From Chiloscyllium plagiosum (lineage: Eukaryota), in the NCBI RefSeq assembly GCF_004010195.1, contig NC_057718.1, positions 7,011,579-7,075,578 on the forward strand: 64,000 nt of DNA, in the 5' to 3' direction. Position numbers and translations under genes: made by a program. Position 1 is the first letter of the stretch. Each line of letters opens with the position of its first letter. This document shows positions 51,561 through 64,000 of the stretch, piece after piece. A model generated the notes under the pieces. It ran no database searches. It was not told the DNA's origin and saw nothing but the letters and a program-made list of their open reading frames with translations.

Positions 51561-51712
51561 GCCTCTGATCAGCCATGTTATCACTGAATGGTAGACCTGA
51601 TGGGCTGAATGGCCCCTGACCATCCATGTTATCACTGAATGGTAGACCTGATGGGCTGAATTGCCTCTGATCAGCCACGATATCACTGAATGGTAGATAC
51701 GATGGACTGAAG
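51561..51712 (+). repeat. 3 x 51-bp tandem repeat derived from a CR1 3' UTR
   Basis: Units start at 51561, 51612 and 51663. Confidence 0.9.
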
Positions 51713-51764
51713 GACTAGTTCTGTTCCTGCAGCTCATGGTCTTTGTATTAATCAAGTGAATGGG

Positions 51765-51998
51765 AACGTCCCCATGCCCTTCTCTGAAGTAGTACTTCTG
51801 GATCTTTTATGTCCTCCTGAGAGGACAGGCTGGGGGGAGGGGGATGAGCGTGCCTTGGATTTAGGCGGTCTCTCTGACAGCACCGTCATCCCTTTTGCAC
51901 TGCTCTGGGAAGACCAGCATGAACTGCATTCTCCAGCGTTTGGAACAGCTACTGACCTTCTGACTCAGAGGTGACTGCGCTACCCACTGAGCCAAGGT
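51765..51998 (-). mobile_element. Ancient Deu-domain SINE relic (SacSINE1/AmnSINE1-like); others at ~24205-24350 and ~9195-9490
   Basis: Head ccttggctcagtgggtagc...cctctgagtcagaagg; gtgctgcactgtcagaggtgc at 24309; ctgtcctctca..tggac.taaaa.atcc motif. Family assignment from memory. Confidence 0.55.
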
Positions 51999-53069
51999 TG
52001 ACACCAAGACAAGTCATAAAGAGTTCTCAGCCTTGGATACTAATCAAAAGTCCTTGGATGAAAAACGTAGAGAGTACAGTGTGGAAGGACCTGAGCTGAT
52101 GAGAGCTTTCCAGCTGGAGTAAACTCAATACTCCCAGATTCCTGGCTCAGTCCCTGGTCCATTTATATTTATATTAAGTGGTTGTTCCCAAGGGATCAGT
52201 AGTCTTGATAAGTCTTCAAGATCACTGAAGCTAATATATTAAAGGCAAATGGAGGGCCAATGATGCATTTCAAAATTATTTGCTTCCAATGAAAGTGTCC
52301 AGACTATGTACGTTCAGATACAGAATTCTAATGCATAAGAGCTTCCATAAAATTCGGATAATGCTGTAGAGAACTGAACTGATATTTACTGCACGTGAAT
52401 ATTTTTGTTAGAAGCTCTTGTGACATAAGTTGTCTGCCAAGAGCAGAGAGGTGGTTATAAAGCTAGGTTATATTCTCTGGAATTTAGAAGGTTCAGTGGA
52501 GAGTTGATTGAGGTTATCAAGATAGTTTGGGAGAACAGGGGACCCTCTTGTGGTGCAGTGGTTAGTGTCTCTACTCTTGAACTGAAAGATGCAGATTCCA
52601 GTCCCAACTGCTCGAAAAGTGCGTAATGACATCTCTGAGCAGGTTGATTAGAAAAATAGGTTAAAAAAAACAGAACAGCCTGTGTAGATAGATGAAAGAC
52701 ATTTCTGCTGCTCAGAGCAGTCAGGGCTAGGGTACAGAGCCTAAAACCGAGAGATAGACTGTATGGGAATGACATTAAAACACTTTTGTGCACAATAATT
52801 ACAGGTGTTTAGAAATCTCTTTTGCAAATGGCAATTGAAGCTCAATCAATTCTGAAATGGAGACAGATGAATTTTTCTTAGCCAAATCAATTTGGGGAAA
52901 TGTGAGTTTGGGAGTTAGGTTGTCGACTGACCAGGATAGCACTGAATGGTAGAACAGACTCGATAAACTAAATGGCCTCCTCCTGTTCCTATGTACACAT
53001 GAGTATTACTTGGCTTGGAGCACTTCAGTGTCAGCATGGAAAGAAAATGCCAACAGGCAAGTATTATTA

Positions 53070-55290
53070 GCGAGTTGTGAGAATATTTGTAGCTCAGGTT
53101 GAAGTTCTGAATGTAGGTTTGCTCGTTGCGGTGGAAGGTTCATTTTCAGATGTTTTGTCACCATACTAGGTAACATCTTCAGTGAGTCTCCAAATGAAGC
53201 ACTGGTGATGTAACCCACCTTCTATTTATATGTTTGAGTTTCCTTGGGCTGGTAATGTCATTTCCTGTGGTGACATCATTTTCTATGGTGATGTCATTTC
53301 CCATGGTGACATCATGTCCTATGATTATGTCACCTCCTGTTCTTTTTCTCAAGAGTTGGTCAATGGGATCCAAGTCAATGTGTTTGTTGATAGAGTTCCA
53401 GTTGGAATGCCATGCTTCTAGGAATTCTCGTGCATATCTCTGTTTGGCTTATCCTACGATGGATGTGTTGTCCCAGTCGAAGTGGTGTCCTTCATCATCC
53501 ATATCTAAGAATACTAGTGAGAGAGGGTCATATTGTTTTATGGCTAGTTGATGTTCATGTATCCTGGTGGCTAGTTTTCTGCCTGTCTATCCAGTGGCTA
53601 ACAAGTGACGATAGACTGGACCTCACAGCTAGAGAACTGAATCACAGCCTACTCAAAAACCCCAGACATCTGGAGAAATAATTAAGACTGACTTCCAAAA
53701 AATGAAACCAGACAGATCCAACATATCACGCTTCTACAAATTACCCAAAATTCACAAACCAGGAGACCCCATCCCCCACCCCGCCTTCAGACCCATAGTC
53801 TGACTACATGGAAACCAACTTACAGATTAGCCAAGGAGCTACACCAAAGACTAAAACACTTAGTCGAAGACTCACGCCACTACATCCACTCCACCCAAGA
53901 ATTCCTGAAGACGATCAAAGACACCAAGATAGAAGAGGATGAAATAATGATCTCCTTTGATGTAACAGCCTTGTTCACATCCATCAACATCAACCAGGCC
54001 AAGCAAACACTGACTACATTATTGGAGAACCAAGGACACATACACCACAACACCACCAACTTCATCAACAAAGACAGTATTGTCAAGCTAGTGGACCTAT
54101 GCCTTACCACCCACTTCACCATCAACAACAAAACCTACAGACAAACCAACAGAACACCCATGGGATCTCTGATCTCCGATATCAGGGTTCTTAGCAGAGG
54201 CAGTAATGCAGAGACTTGAACAAACAGCTCTGCCAACCATCCAACCCAAGCTTTGGGTCTGCTATATGGATGACTGAATGAAACAAATTAGAGGAAACCT
54301 TCAAGACCATCAATAATACCCTTACTGGCATAAAGTTCACTAAAGAGGAGGGAAACAACAAACAGCCATCCCTAGATGTCGCAGTAGAACAAACAGCCAA
54401 TGGGGAACTTCAAACCAGCGTCTACAGGAAAACAACACATATGGACTACAGAAGCAATCATCTCAACATCCACAAATGAAGCTGCATTAGGACATTATTC
54501 CAATGAGCCACCACACACTGCAGCACAGAGGAACTATGCAGAGCAGAGGAAAATCGTCTATTTGTGTATTCAAAAAGAATGGGTACCCAATGAACTCAGT
54601 CCACTGATTTCTGAGCAACAAACTCAAACAAACAAACAAGACATGTCCAGAAACCCTCGCCACTCTCCCCTACATCAAAGACATCTCAGGAATGACTGCC
54701 AGACTACTTAGACCCCTCAGCATCATGGTAGCCCACAAACCCACCAACACACTAAAACAGCAGCTAATGAACTTGAATGACCCTACACAGACAAGCAAAA
54801 CTAATGTTATCTACAAAATACCATGCAAGAACTTTAACAAACACTATATTGGACAAACAGGCAGAAAACTAGCCACCAGGGTACATGAACATCAACTAGC
54901 CACAAAATGACATGATCCATTCTCACTAGTATCCTTACATACAGATGAGGAAAGACACCACTTCAACTGGGACAACACAACTGGGCAAGCCAAACAAAGA
55001 CACAGAGAATTCCTAGAAGCATGGCATTCCAACTGGAACACTATCAACAAACATATTGACTTGGATCCCATTTACCACCCCTTGAGAAAATGAACAGGAG
55101 ATGACATCACCATAGGAAATGATGTCACCATAGGAAATGACATCACCAGCACAAGGAAACTCAAACATATAAATAGACGGCAGGCTACACAACCAGAACT
55201 TCATCTGGAGGCTCACAGAAGATGTTACCTAGTATGGTGACAAAATGTTGGAAAATGAACCTTCCATCTCAGCAAGCAAACCTACATCCA
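53070..55290 (+). mobile_element. Penelope-like retroelement relic (RT + GIY-YIG endonuclease) with inverted terminal segment
   Basis: Fragmented ORFs: ISFDVTALFTSI (RT), TPMGS, YMDD near 54263, YKIPC...YIGQTGR (GIY-YIG). 53070-53594 is an inverted copy of ~54850-55290. 13-bp TSD GCAAG(T/G)ATTATTA at 53057-53069 and 55291-55303. Confidence 0.92.
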
Positions 55291-57509
55291 GCAAGGATTA
55301 TTATCATGTTAAGAATGAGCAAAAACATATCCAGTCATGGCATTAACAATTGCTGGTGTGTGAACATCCTGCATGTAAGATCTTCTAACCCCTTGCTTAT
55401 TTGCACGGTCTCCCACATTTTAAACATTTACCGAAGGATCTGCAACTGCCTTTGCCCCCGATATATTTTATCCCCTTTCTCTGGATCTTTAGAAGGTTTG
55501 GGTGGTGCTCAGTTCAATGATGTACAATCAGACTCCATGCAACTGGAAGCTGTAGTTTGGAACACAGGAGCAGATGGAGGCCCTTCAGCCCTTCCAGCCT
55601 GCCTTGCCATACAGTTAGATCATAAGACCAGTAGTAGAAGCAGACCATTTAGCCCATTGAGTTGGCTCCACCATTCAATGAGACCACGAATGATCTGATC
55701 AACTCCACTTCCCTGCCTTTTCCCCATCACCTATGATTCCTTTACAGATTAAAAATCTGTCTCTCTCAGTCTTGAGTATATTTAATGATCCAACTTCAAT
55801 CTATCCAATCTATTAAGCCATCTTTAGTTCCTATCTCTTGCTCATATTTGGCCCTCAGGTGATCTCCCTTATCCACCATCTCCCTTGGCAACAGTCTAAT
55901 ATTAAGGCAATTGGATCACAAACTTGGTGCCGAATTTGATCCTAACTTGATCTCATAGTCTGGCCATAACCAGGATCATCTGTTTCCACCTCCATAAATC
56001 CACCTGATTTCTTTCTTGACTCAGCTGACGTTCTGTAGAAACCCTCATTCATGCCTACATTACCCTTAAGCTTGACTGTTGCACCACACTCAGGACTGAT
56101 CTCCCACATTCTACCTTCTCTAAGCTTGAGATTATCTAAAACTCCGCTAATCAAGTCCTTATTCTCACCAAGTCCACTTGCCTAACACCCCTGTGCTTGC
56201 TGATCAACATTGACTCTTGGTTATAAGCAGCATCTTGATTGTATAATTCTCAACCTTGTTTTCTCTGTGGCCTCAGGCCTTTCAACCTTTGTTAAGTTTC
56301 ACAATGTTTGCAATACTCTTATTCTGGCCTCTTGAGCATTTTAATCATTCCACTATGGGTGTCCTTGTCTTGAGCTGCCTGTGCTCTCAACTCTGGATTT
56401 CCCTCTTTAAACCAGGCTTGGCCTCTCTGTCTCACTTGCTTCCTTTAAGCCTACCTCTTTGGCCAAGGACCTGTCCTAAAGTCTCCTGATCTCGCTCAGT
56501 GACACGTTTTAACATGCTCCCTGAAAGCATGTTTGGGGGTTTTACTGCATTAAGGGCACTATACAATTGTCATTTTTTTTTTTATTCTTACCCCTACCTG
56601 ACAAAAATCTCAATAAGTTCAATATATTTTTGAGGGGATGTTATCCTTTGCCCTTTGTGTGTAGAAAGTACTTCCTGACACCATCCCCAAACAGCTTGGT
56701 TCAAAGTGCATAAAAGTCTAAACCTCAACAGAGGAACATCATTTTCTCCCATCTAATCCTTAAGCATTTTACACTGATCGGATCATCCCACAGTCTCCTA
56801 TACTCAAGGATCTGTTTAAAGAAAATTAATGAAGAACATTCTCTTTATTTAAGTTTCTAAATCTGAGTGTTCATTGAACGGATGTTGAGGTGAAGATTCA
56901 TGGTCATATTTGCTTTTAGTGTTCCTCAATGAAGGTCTGACAAAATCGACAAGGATTCCCACTCCCGCAAGCTTTCTGCCTCCCCTCCCAGATATTGTAC
57001 CCATGGAGGATCAGTTCCTGTTGTGATATCCCAACATAGTCATAGAATCCTACAAAACAAAAAAGACCCTTCGGCCCATTGTACTGCCAAAGCTACACTA
57101 AATCTACACTAGTCCCACTTTCCAAAACTAGGCCCAAAGCCTTGAATGTTACGACACTTCAAGTGCTCATCAAAGTACCTTTTGAAGGTTGTGAGGTTTC
57201 CTGCTTCAATTACCCCTCCCCCACCCCCAGGGAGGGCAGTCCAGACCCTCACCACCCTCTGGGTGAAGAAATATTTCCTTAAATCCCCTCACAACCTCCT
57301 GCCTTCCACCTTAAGATTAATCTCCCTTGTTATGGATTCTTTGACCGAGTTGCTGTCTATCCACTCTGTGCATGACTCTCATAATCTTACACACCTCTCG
57401 ACCAATGTGCTCTAAAGAAAATAACCTGGGCCTATCCAGCCTCTCTTCATCGCCGAAATGCTCTTTCCCAGCTGACCAACAAATCAGGGACATTTGAACA
57501 ACATGGCAG

Positions 57510-58252
57510 AACATGCTTTGAACAAGTGCGTATAATTCTGGTCATCCTGCTATAGGAAGGACGTTACTAAACTGGCAAGGGTGCATAAAGTATTTGCAAG
57601 GATGTTACAACGACTGGAAGATTTAAGGAAAGGCTAGATAGGCTGGGACCTTTTATCCCTGGAGTGTTGGAGGCTGAGGGAGTGACCTTATAGAGGTTTA
57701 TAAAATCATGAGGGGCATGGATAAAGTGAATAGTCACAGTCTTTTCCCCAGGGTAGGGGAGTCCAAAACTAGAGGGCATAGGTTAAACGTGAGAAGGGAA
57801 AGATTTAAATGGACCTGAGGGGCAGCTCTTTCACACAGAGGGTAGTGCATGTATGAAATGGGCTGCCAGAGGAAGTGGTGGAGGTAGGTTTGTGTAGCTG
57901 TAATGTAATTTCTGATCTTCATTTCTCTTTTCTGTACCTAAGATATTGCCATGCATCGGTGACATTGTTAAACTGTAACAATTGTGTGACTGAAGAAGCT
58001 GTACTTTGGGACCTTTGTCCCTAAAGCTAGCACCATAACTGGTGATTATAAACTTTTCACATGTCTCATTTGTGCACATGTGACAATAAAGGTAATTCAA
58101 TGTATTTACAACATATAAAGGACATTTGGACAGGTACAGGAATAGGAAAGCTTTAAAGAGCAGGCAAATGAGCCCAGTTCCATTTGGGAAACCTGGATGG
58201 CGTGGACGAGTTGGGTCGAAGGATCTGTTTCCGTGCTGTATGACTCTGTGAC
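57510..58252 (+). mobile_element. CR1/HER1 3' fragment interrupted (~57886-58103) by a Rex-like 3' end; minus-strand CR1 piece at ~57035-57450
   Basis: CR1 sequence resumes after gtgacaataaa...attcaat; a similar tail lies at ~38230-38450. Confidence 0.75.
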
Positions 58253-59264
58253 TCCACAGAAGGACAAGCAGCACTCACTGATCTGCAGCCAAGCACAGAG
58301 CAGTGTTCTCAGGCAAGAGTAGAGAACAATGACAGACAGAAGCAAAAGAAAAGAAGCTGGAAAATACTCCACATCTGGGCCACAACATAGTCTAAACAAA
58401 ACGACTGTTTAGAAATGAGATAGATTAGACACAGATGTGTCCTGTGAAAACAATTGAATTCAGCAGGAAGAAAAAGAAAGTTTCTTTGTAAGAATAAAGA
58501 ATCTTGCCGAAAATAGACATGTTAGCCTGAGAATAACATTCAGATGAAAAACACATGCTTCTCAAAACTGGAAACATTGCGAATGATTGGACGACAAAGC
58601 CCAGTGAATTAGACGCTAGATCTGTCAGTAATCTATTAAGCACCTTGTTGTTGAAAGCCTGCTTCTGTGTCACGCTCAACACCAAGGCTGCATCAGACTT
58701 TATCTGTCCGCTGGTCAGAGACTAACCCTCAGCAGGTGTTGTTGGCGGGCACTGTGAGCGGCGCCCACCCTGCAATATCGTCATCCTCCCTTGGTGACTC
58801 TGGTGTTATCCCTTTTTCTTGATATAAAGGCACGCTCAACCTCACATTGACAGGACACAAACAGGCCATTCAGCCCAACTGGTCTTTGCTAATGTTAATG
58901 TTCCATCCTCCAATTTGACTCAACCTATCAGCATAATTTCTGCTCCTTATGTTAACATGCTTTTATCAAGCTTCTCCCTAAAAACACCGATGCAAACCCA
59001 CTCGTAACTTCAAAGGCCTTTATTCAGTTGCCTCTCAGTTAGCTGTTTTCCAGATAGGAGCTTTTCAGTTCTTGAAGACCATAAATCTCTCCTCAAGCTG
59101 CTTATCCTTGCCAAATACATCATGACCTTTAACTGTTTGATTCCTCAACCAGATAAAAATTATGATTGCTCAGAGCTTGATCAAAATTGATGCTCACTTG
59201 ACTAAGGTCAGTGTGGACTCAGAGAAATGTATAAAAGATGTAGAAAGAATTGTCAACAATGAGC

Positions 59265-60095
59265 TAGAGTCATTGAGTCATGCAGCACAGAAACAGGCCC
59301 TTCAGTCCATGTTGAGCATAATCCCAAATGAAACTAATCTCACCTGCCTGCTCCTGGCTCATATCCCTCCAAACATTTCCTATTCATGTCCTTATCCAAA
59401 TGTCTCTTAACCATTGTAACTGTACCCACATCCACCACCTCCTCAGGAAGCTCATTCCACACATGAACCACACTCTGTGTAAAAAAATCTGCTCCACATG
59501 CCTTTTTTAAAATCTCCTCTCACCTTAAAAAATGTGCCTCCTGGTCTTTAAGTTTCCCCATCCTAGAGAAAAGACAACTACTATTAACCCTATCTATACT
59601 GCTCATTATTTTATAGACTTCTATGAGGTCACCTCTCAACTTCTTACACTCCAATGAAAAAAGTCCCAGCCTATCCAGCCTTTCTTTATAGGGTGGCACG
59701 GTGGCACAGTGGTTAGCACTGCTGCCTCACAGCACCAAAGACCCTGGTTCAATTCCCGCCTCAGGCAACTATCTGTGTGGAGTTTGTACATTCTCCCCGT
59801 GTTTGTGTGTGTTTCCTCCAGGTGCTCCGGTTTCCTCCCACAGTCCAAAAGTGTGCAGGTTAGTGGATTGGCCACGCTAAATTGCCTGTAGTGTTAGATG
59901 AAGGGGTAAATGTAAGGGAATTGGTCTGGGTGGGTTGCTCTTCGGAGGGTCAGTGTGGACTTGTTGGGCCAAAGGGCCTGTTTCCTCACTGTAAGTAATC
60001 TGATCTAATCAAACCTTCCATACGCACCAACATCATGGTAAATCTCCTCTGAACCTTCTCCAGGTTTACAATATCCTTCCTGTAGCAGGGTGACC
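59265..60095 (-). mobile_element. CR1/HER1 3' fragment interrupted by an HE1 SINE
   Basis: Reverse complement resembles 36600-37060. Confidence 0.85.
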
Positions 60096-60704
60096 ATCAC
60101 AGTGAATAAAACCAGTTACATAGACATCAGTTTCATCTCTGCATAGACACTGAGCACAAAATATACAACAAGGATCATTGGCCATTGACCATCCTCAAGT
60201 TCTCTACACCTTATTACAGTCAACTAAAATATTCCCATCCAACAACCTTCTCCTTGTCCAACTCAATAGGTAATCACTCAAGCCCCAGCCTTCAACATTA
60301 AACACCTTGTCACCTTCTAAGACACGAGTCCATTTGAGTGGTTTGCCAGCCTCATTTCAGTGGGTAAGAGCCATCACCATAGTGCAGGACTAGTGCCACA
60401 TGGAGACCATATTGTACAAGGATGGCACGATTCCTTCCTGAAAGTGCCATTTGGGTTTTAGTACTGACCTGTACAGATGAAAATCTTCCAATTCGAGAAT
60501 TCGTTCTGCTTACCACAGTCAACTCAAACTGCTCCATGAGGGAGATTTCAACTTACATGTCAAGACTACGGGTCCAATATGGAGAGTCACCAGTTTAGCA
60601 ACATAATCTGTAAACTACCATGCTCAAGATTAAATAGGTTATGAGAAGAAGGGAGAGATGTAATGGACATGTTGAAAATGTTAGAAGGACTCAACTGGGT
60701 CGAT

Positions 60705-61391
60705 ATCGTGTTCTGCTAATTAAACCAACCACACAGGAAAGCTCACATCACCTCTGTTATAAAGTATGAGTGACAGAGAACTGCCCCAAATTTCACTATT
60801 TAAAGAAAAAATAACAATTTTATTCCTTAACTCCAAAAGTGAACATTAAGCAACAATTCACAACCCTAATCCTCCCATCGCTTAAAAAATTTGTTAACTA
60901 CCTCCCACTCTATGACAATATACTGATCCAATAAAGCCTCTATTAAATTACAGCAAGTCAACTTTCAAAACCAGCCAGCAATGTCGATCCTCCTTTGTAG
61001 TCGTATTCTGTCTTCTGCTGCACAGATTTTTCATAAGAACAAAAAAGATACCTTTTAGATGATGGAAGAAGGTGGTCTTTTTCTGGCTAACTATCCAAAA
61101 TGCCTGCTTTTTATACCCCAAGACATTGGATCATCTCATTGGTTCAATGTTGTCAAAACAATAACGTTCAAATTCAGTTGGGTTTTAGTATCTTGGGGCA
61201 TAATTTAAACTGATTGGCTAAATTCAAAATGTTGTGAAAACAACTCAGTATCTGAGTTACAGATCAAATATTACATCTTCAACTTGTCCAGTACACTTTG
61301 TGCCTGTAGTCAGTCACATGACAGGTGTTTGCCAGCTTTTCAGTTTTCACGCTCTCTTAAAGGTACAGCACACACCTTCAACTTCATAACA
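60705..61391 (-). mobile_element. Probable solo LTR inserted in a CR1 fragment
   Basis: Minus strand starts TGTTATGAAG; TATAAAA near 61108-61115, AATAAA near 60819-60824; CR1-like sequence on both sides. 3' end and TSD unclear. Confidence 0.5.
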
Positions 61392-61771
61392 ATAGAAAAA
61401 TGATTTCCTCTGATGGGTGAATGAAGAACAAGGAAAATGATCATAAAGTAAGCAACAAAATGGAAAAGCATTTCTCACACAAGAGAGAGTGGCAAGCTGT
61501 AAATCTGTCCCCCAAAGAACTATGAATGTTTGGAGTCAAATGGCGCCTTCAGGCCTTCAGAGATTAATATATTTTTGTTGGTTAGAGGGGTCAAGAGAAG
61601 ACAGGTAAATGGACTCAAGATACCAATTAGGACTGATTGAGCTGATAAATCAAGTAGGCTTAAGTAATTGGATGCTCAAATCTGTTTCTCATATTGTGAC
61701 TGTCTTGTCTCACTAAGTGGAGATTCAGAGAAGATCTTGATTAGGCAGAAGAAGTAACCAGGCTGACTTAC

Positions 61772-61913
61772 CAATCACAGTGACATGGGCAATTTCACTG
61801 CCAACCACCACATTTTCTGGGAAGGTGAACTGTATATCCTTGGACCAAAGCTGTCCCTCATCCTCTGGGGCAATGAACAGAGCCTGAGAGAAGGACTGCT
61901 GTATTCCTTCAGC
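61772..61913 (-). CDS. CD109: CD109 exon, 142 nt: AEGIQQSFSQ...FTFPENVVVGSEIAHVTVI(G)
   Basis: Acceptor gtccag, donor gtaagt; phase 0 to 1; A2M-family segment preceding the thioester domain. Not in the ORF track. Confidence 0.92.
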
Positions 61914-63589
61914 CTGGACACAGAAGGGGAAACAAGTTGTTAAACACTGTCAGGTAAAAATCATAGCCTGAAAATCTGGAATAATAAAGAAAAGCAAGAC
62001 AACTAATCAGGAGTCAAATTGTAATAAATAAATCAGGAGTTCTGATGTTTATGGAGCTACAAATTTTATCAAAGCTAGGAATCCTGCAGCGAGTGTAACT
62101 CACCTCCCCAAAACTTGCCCACAAACTACAAGTCAGGAGTATGATGGATTTACTCCCCATTGGCCTGGATGGGTGCAGTATCGACAACATTCAAGAAGTT
62201 TGATGCCTTCCAGGACAGACCGGCCCTCTAGATTGACACCACATCCATAAACATTCATTCCCTGTGGTGGAGGCTGGTACATTTACAGTATTTAAAAAGC
62301 ATCTGGATGGGTATATGAATAGGAAGGATTTAGAGGGATATTGGCCATATGCTGGCAAATGGGACTAGGTTAATTTAAGATATCTGGACAGCACAGGGGA
62401 ATTGGACCGAAGGGTCTGTTTCTGTGCTGTATAAATCTGTGACTCTATGCTCAAATCTGTTTTCAAATTCCTATTTGACAGTTTGAATCCACCTTAATCA
62501 CACTTTCAATTAACACAAACCAGATCACAACAAGTTACTGTGTAAAATTATTAATGTCAGACCATTTCTGGCTCTTTCACCAACCAGCCTTAAATCTGTG
62601 CTCCTTCGATTAGCAACCCACCGGAAACAAAAATTATTCTATCAAAGATACTCATGACTTTGAACACAGAAGTTAAATCTCAATCAGATCGAGGTTGGCT
62701 AAGGTACACTGCATTGTTTTCATGCTCTGGTACATTCTTTTAGATATCATTCTGGCAAGAAAGATAAATTCTAGCAAGAGGTAACTGTGATTAAACCAGG
62801 GATGTTAAGGATTGCATCACTATGTGAGAAAAAATATTTAATATGGTCAATAAAAACCCAAAGAACTGAGGATGCTGTAAATCAGAAACAAAAACAGAAA
62901 TTGCTGGAAAAACTTAACAGGTCTGGCAGTATCTGTGGAAAGAAATCAGAGTCAACATTTCAAGTCCGGTGACCCTTCCTCAGAACTGGGGATCCTTCTT
63001 CAGAAACAGTGGACCCAAAATGTTAATTCTGATTTATCTTCACAGATGCTGTCATATAGTATGCTCAAGATTAGTGGTAAGCCAGAGGAATGAAAACATT
63101 TTAAAAAGCAACAAAAGACAAATAAAAAATGAACAATGCTGAGTGAGAAAATAAACTTTGAAGTTAAACATGCAAGTAATATCAAGATGGACAGCAAGAT
63201 CTTCTTTAAATATATAAAAAGGAAGAGATACATCAGGATGACACAGTGGCTCTGTGCTTAACACTGCAGCCTCACAGCACCAGGGCCCTAGTTTTGATTT
63301 CAGATTTGTGTGACTGTCTGTGGGGAGTTTGCACATTCTCCCCGTGTCTGCGTGGGTTTCCTCTGCGTACTTTGGTTTCTTCCAAAAATCCCAAGTTGTG
63401 CAAATTAGGTGGATTGACCATGGGAAGTGGCCTACAGTGGCCAGGGATATGCAGGCTGGGTAGATTAGTCATGCGAAATGTAGGAATAGGGTAGGAGTAT
63501 GGGTCTGGGTGGGATGCTCTTTGGAGGGTTGGTGCGAGCTCGATGGGCTGAATGGCCTGCTTCCACACTGGAAGGTTTCTGTAATGAAA

Positions 63590-64000
63590 TGGGGAGCCAG
63601 GAAATTGCAGAGAAGTTAAGTTAATGCTTTGCGTCAGTTTTCACAGCAGGAAACTCTGGTAATCTTTCAGAAATTACTGAGGAATCAAGGGGTAGTAGGA
63701 GGAGAGGAAAGAATTGTAATTATATCTTGAGGAAAAAGTGACAGGAGAACTAATGGGGCTAAAGAGAGATACTTCTGCTGGACGTGATGGGATACATTCT
63801 GGGAAAACAGAGATAATTAATGCACTGATAGTAAGTTCCAAAAATCCTTATGTTCTGGAAAAGACCCAGAGAATTGGAAAATTACTAATGTAGCACCTTC
63901 AGTTAAAAAGGGAAGGGGTCAAGGAAAAGGTATTGATAAGCTAGTTTGCTTAATGTCCATTATGCTATGGAAAAAGTTAAAAGTATATTGTAAAAGATGT
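63590..64000 (+). mobile_element. Decayed CR1 ORF2 middle fragment (another RT piece at ~18325-18695)
   Basis: Nucleotide similarity to 28940-29320. Confidence 0.6.

Larger units (their letters stand above)
13468..61913 (-). other. CD109: CD109 (or CD109-like) gene, 3' portion: 12 coding exons, 604 aa; 5' exons outside the window
   Basis: Hand-spliced exons (all GT-AG, phases compatible) total 1815 nt in one frame. The peptide follows human CD109 as I recall it (GDxLGPSING...MPYGCGEQNM...[12 protein letters not shown]...DIEVAAYALLSH...YYEP) and ends in a hydrophobic GPI-type tail, unlike A2M or C3. Confidence 0.93.

Noticed and set aside
51561..51712. CRISPR-like array
   Set aside because: Contiguous units without unique spacers; vertebrate context; no cas genes.

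Overview
Repeat-dense eukaryotic DNA, almost certainly from an elasmobranch (shark/ray), judged by the many HE1-type V-SINEs and their HER1/CR1 LINE partners. The only host gene I can support is the 3' half of CD109 (GPI-anchored thioester protein, alpha-2-macroglobulin/C3 family) on the minus strand. Twelve GT-AG exons between 61913 and 13468 splice in frame into 1815 nt (604 aa plus stop). They carry the GCGEQ thioester, the catalytic His (RVIH), a KKRR processing site, the MG8/receptor-binding domain and a GPI signal; the 5' half lies beyond the window end. Introns and the downstream region hold decayed CR1, L2, Rex/Babar and Tx1-like LINEs, several tRNA-derived SINE families and probable solo LTRs. 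The most interesting hidden layer is a set of Penelope-like elements (one ~2.2 kb RT plus GIY-YIG relic and many short palindromic derivatives) whose ends carry minimal, probably dimer-dependent hammerhead ribozymes, often paired with their own antisense copy. Also noted: stacked insertions at one 12-bp target, three locally templated duplication scars, and two strong CTCF-like motifs. Repeat family names come from recall rather than a database search, and repeat boundaries are approximate.
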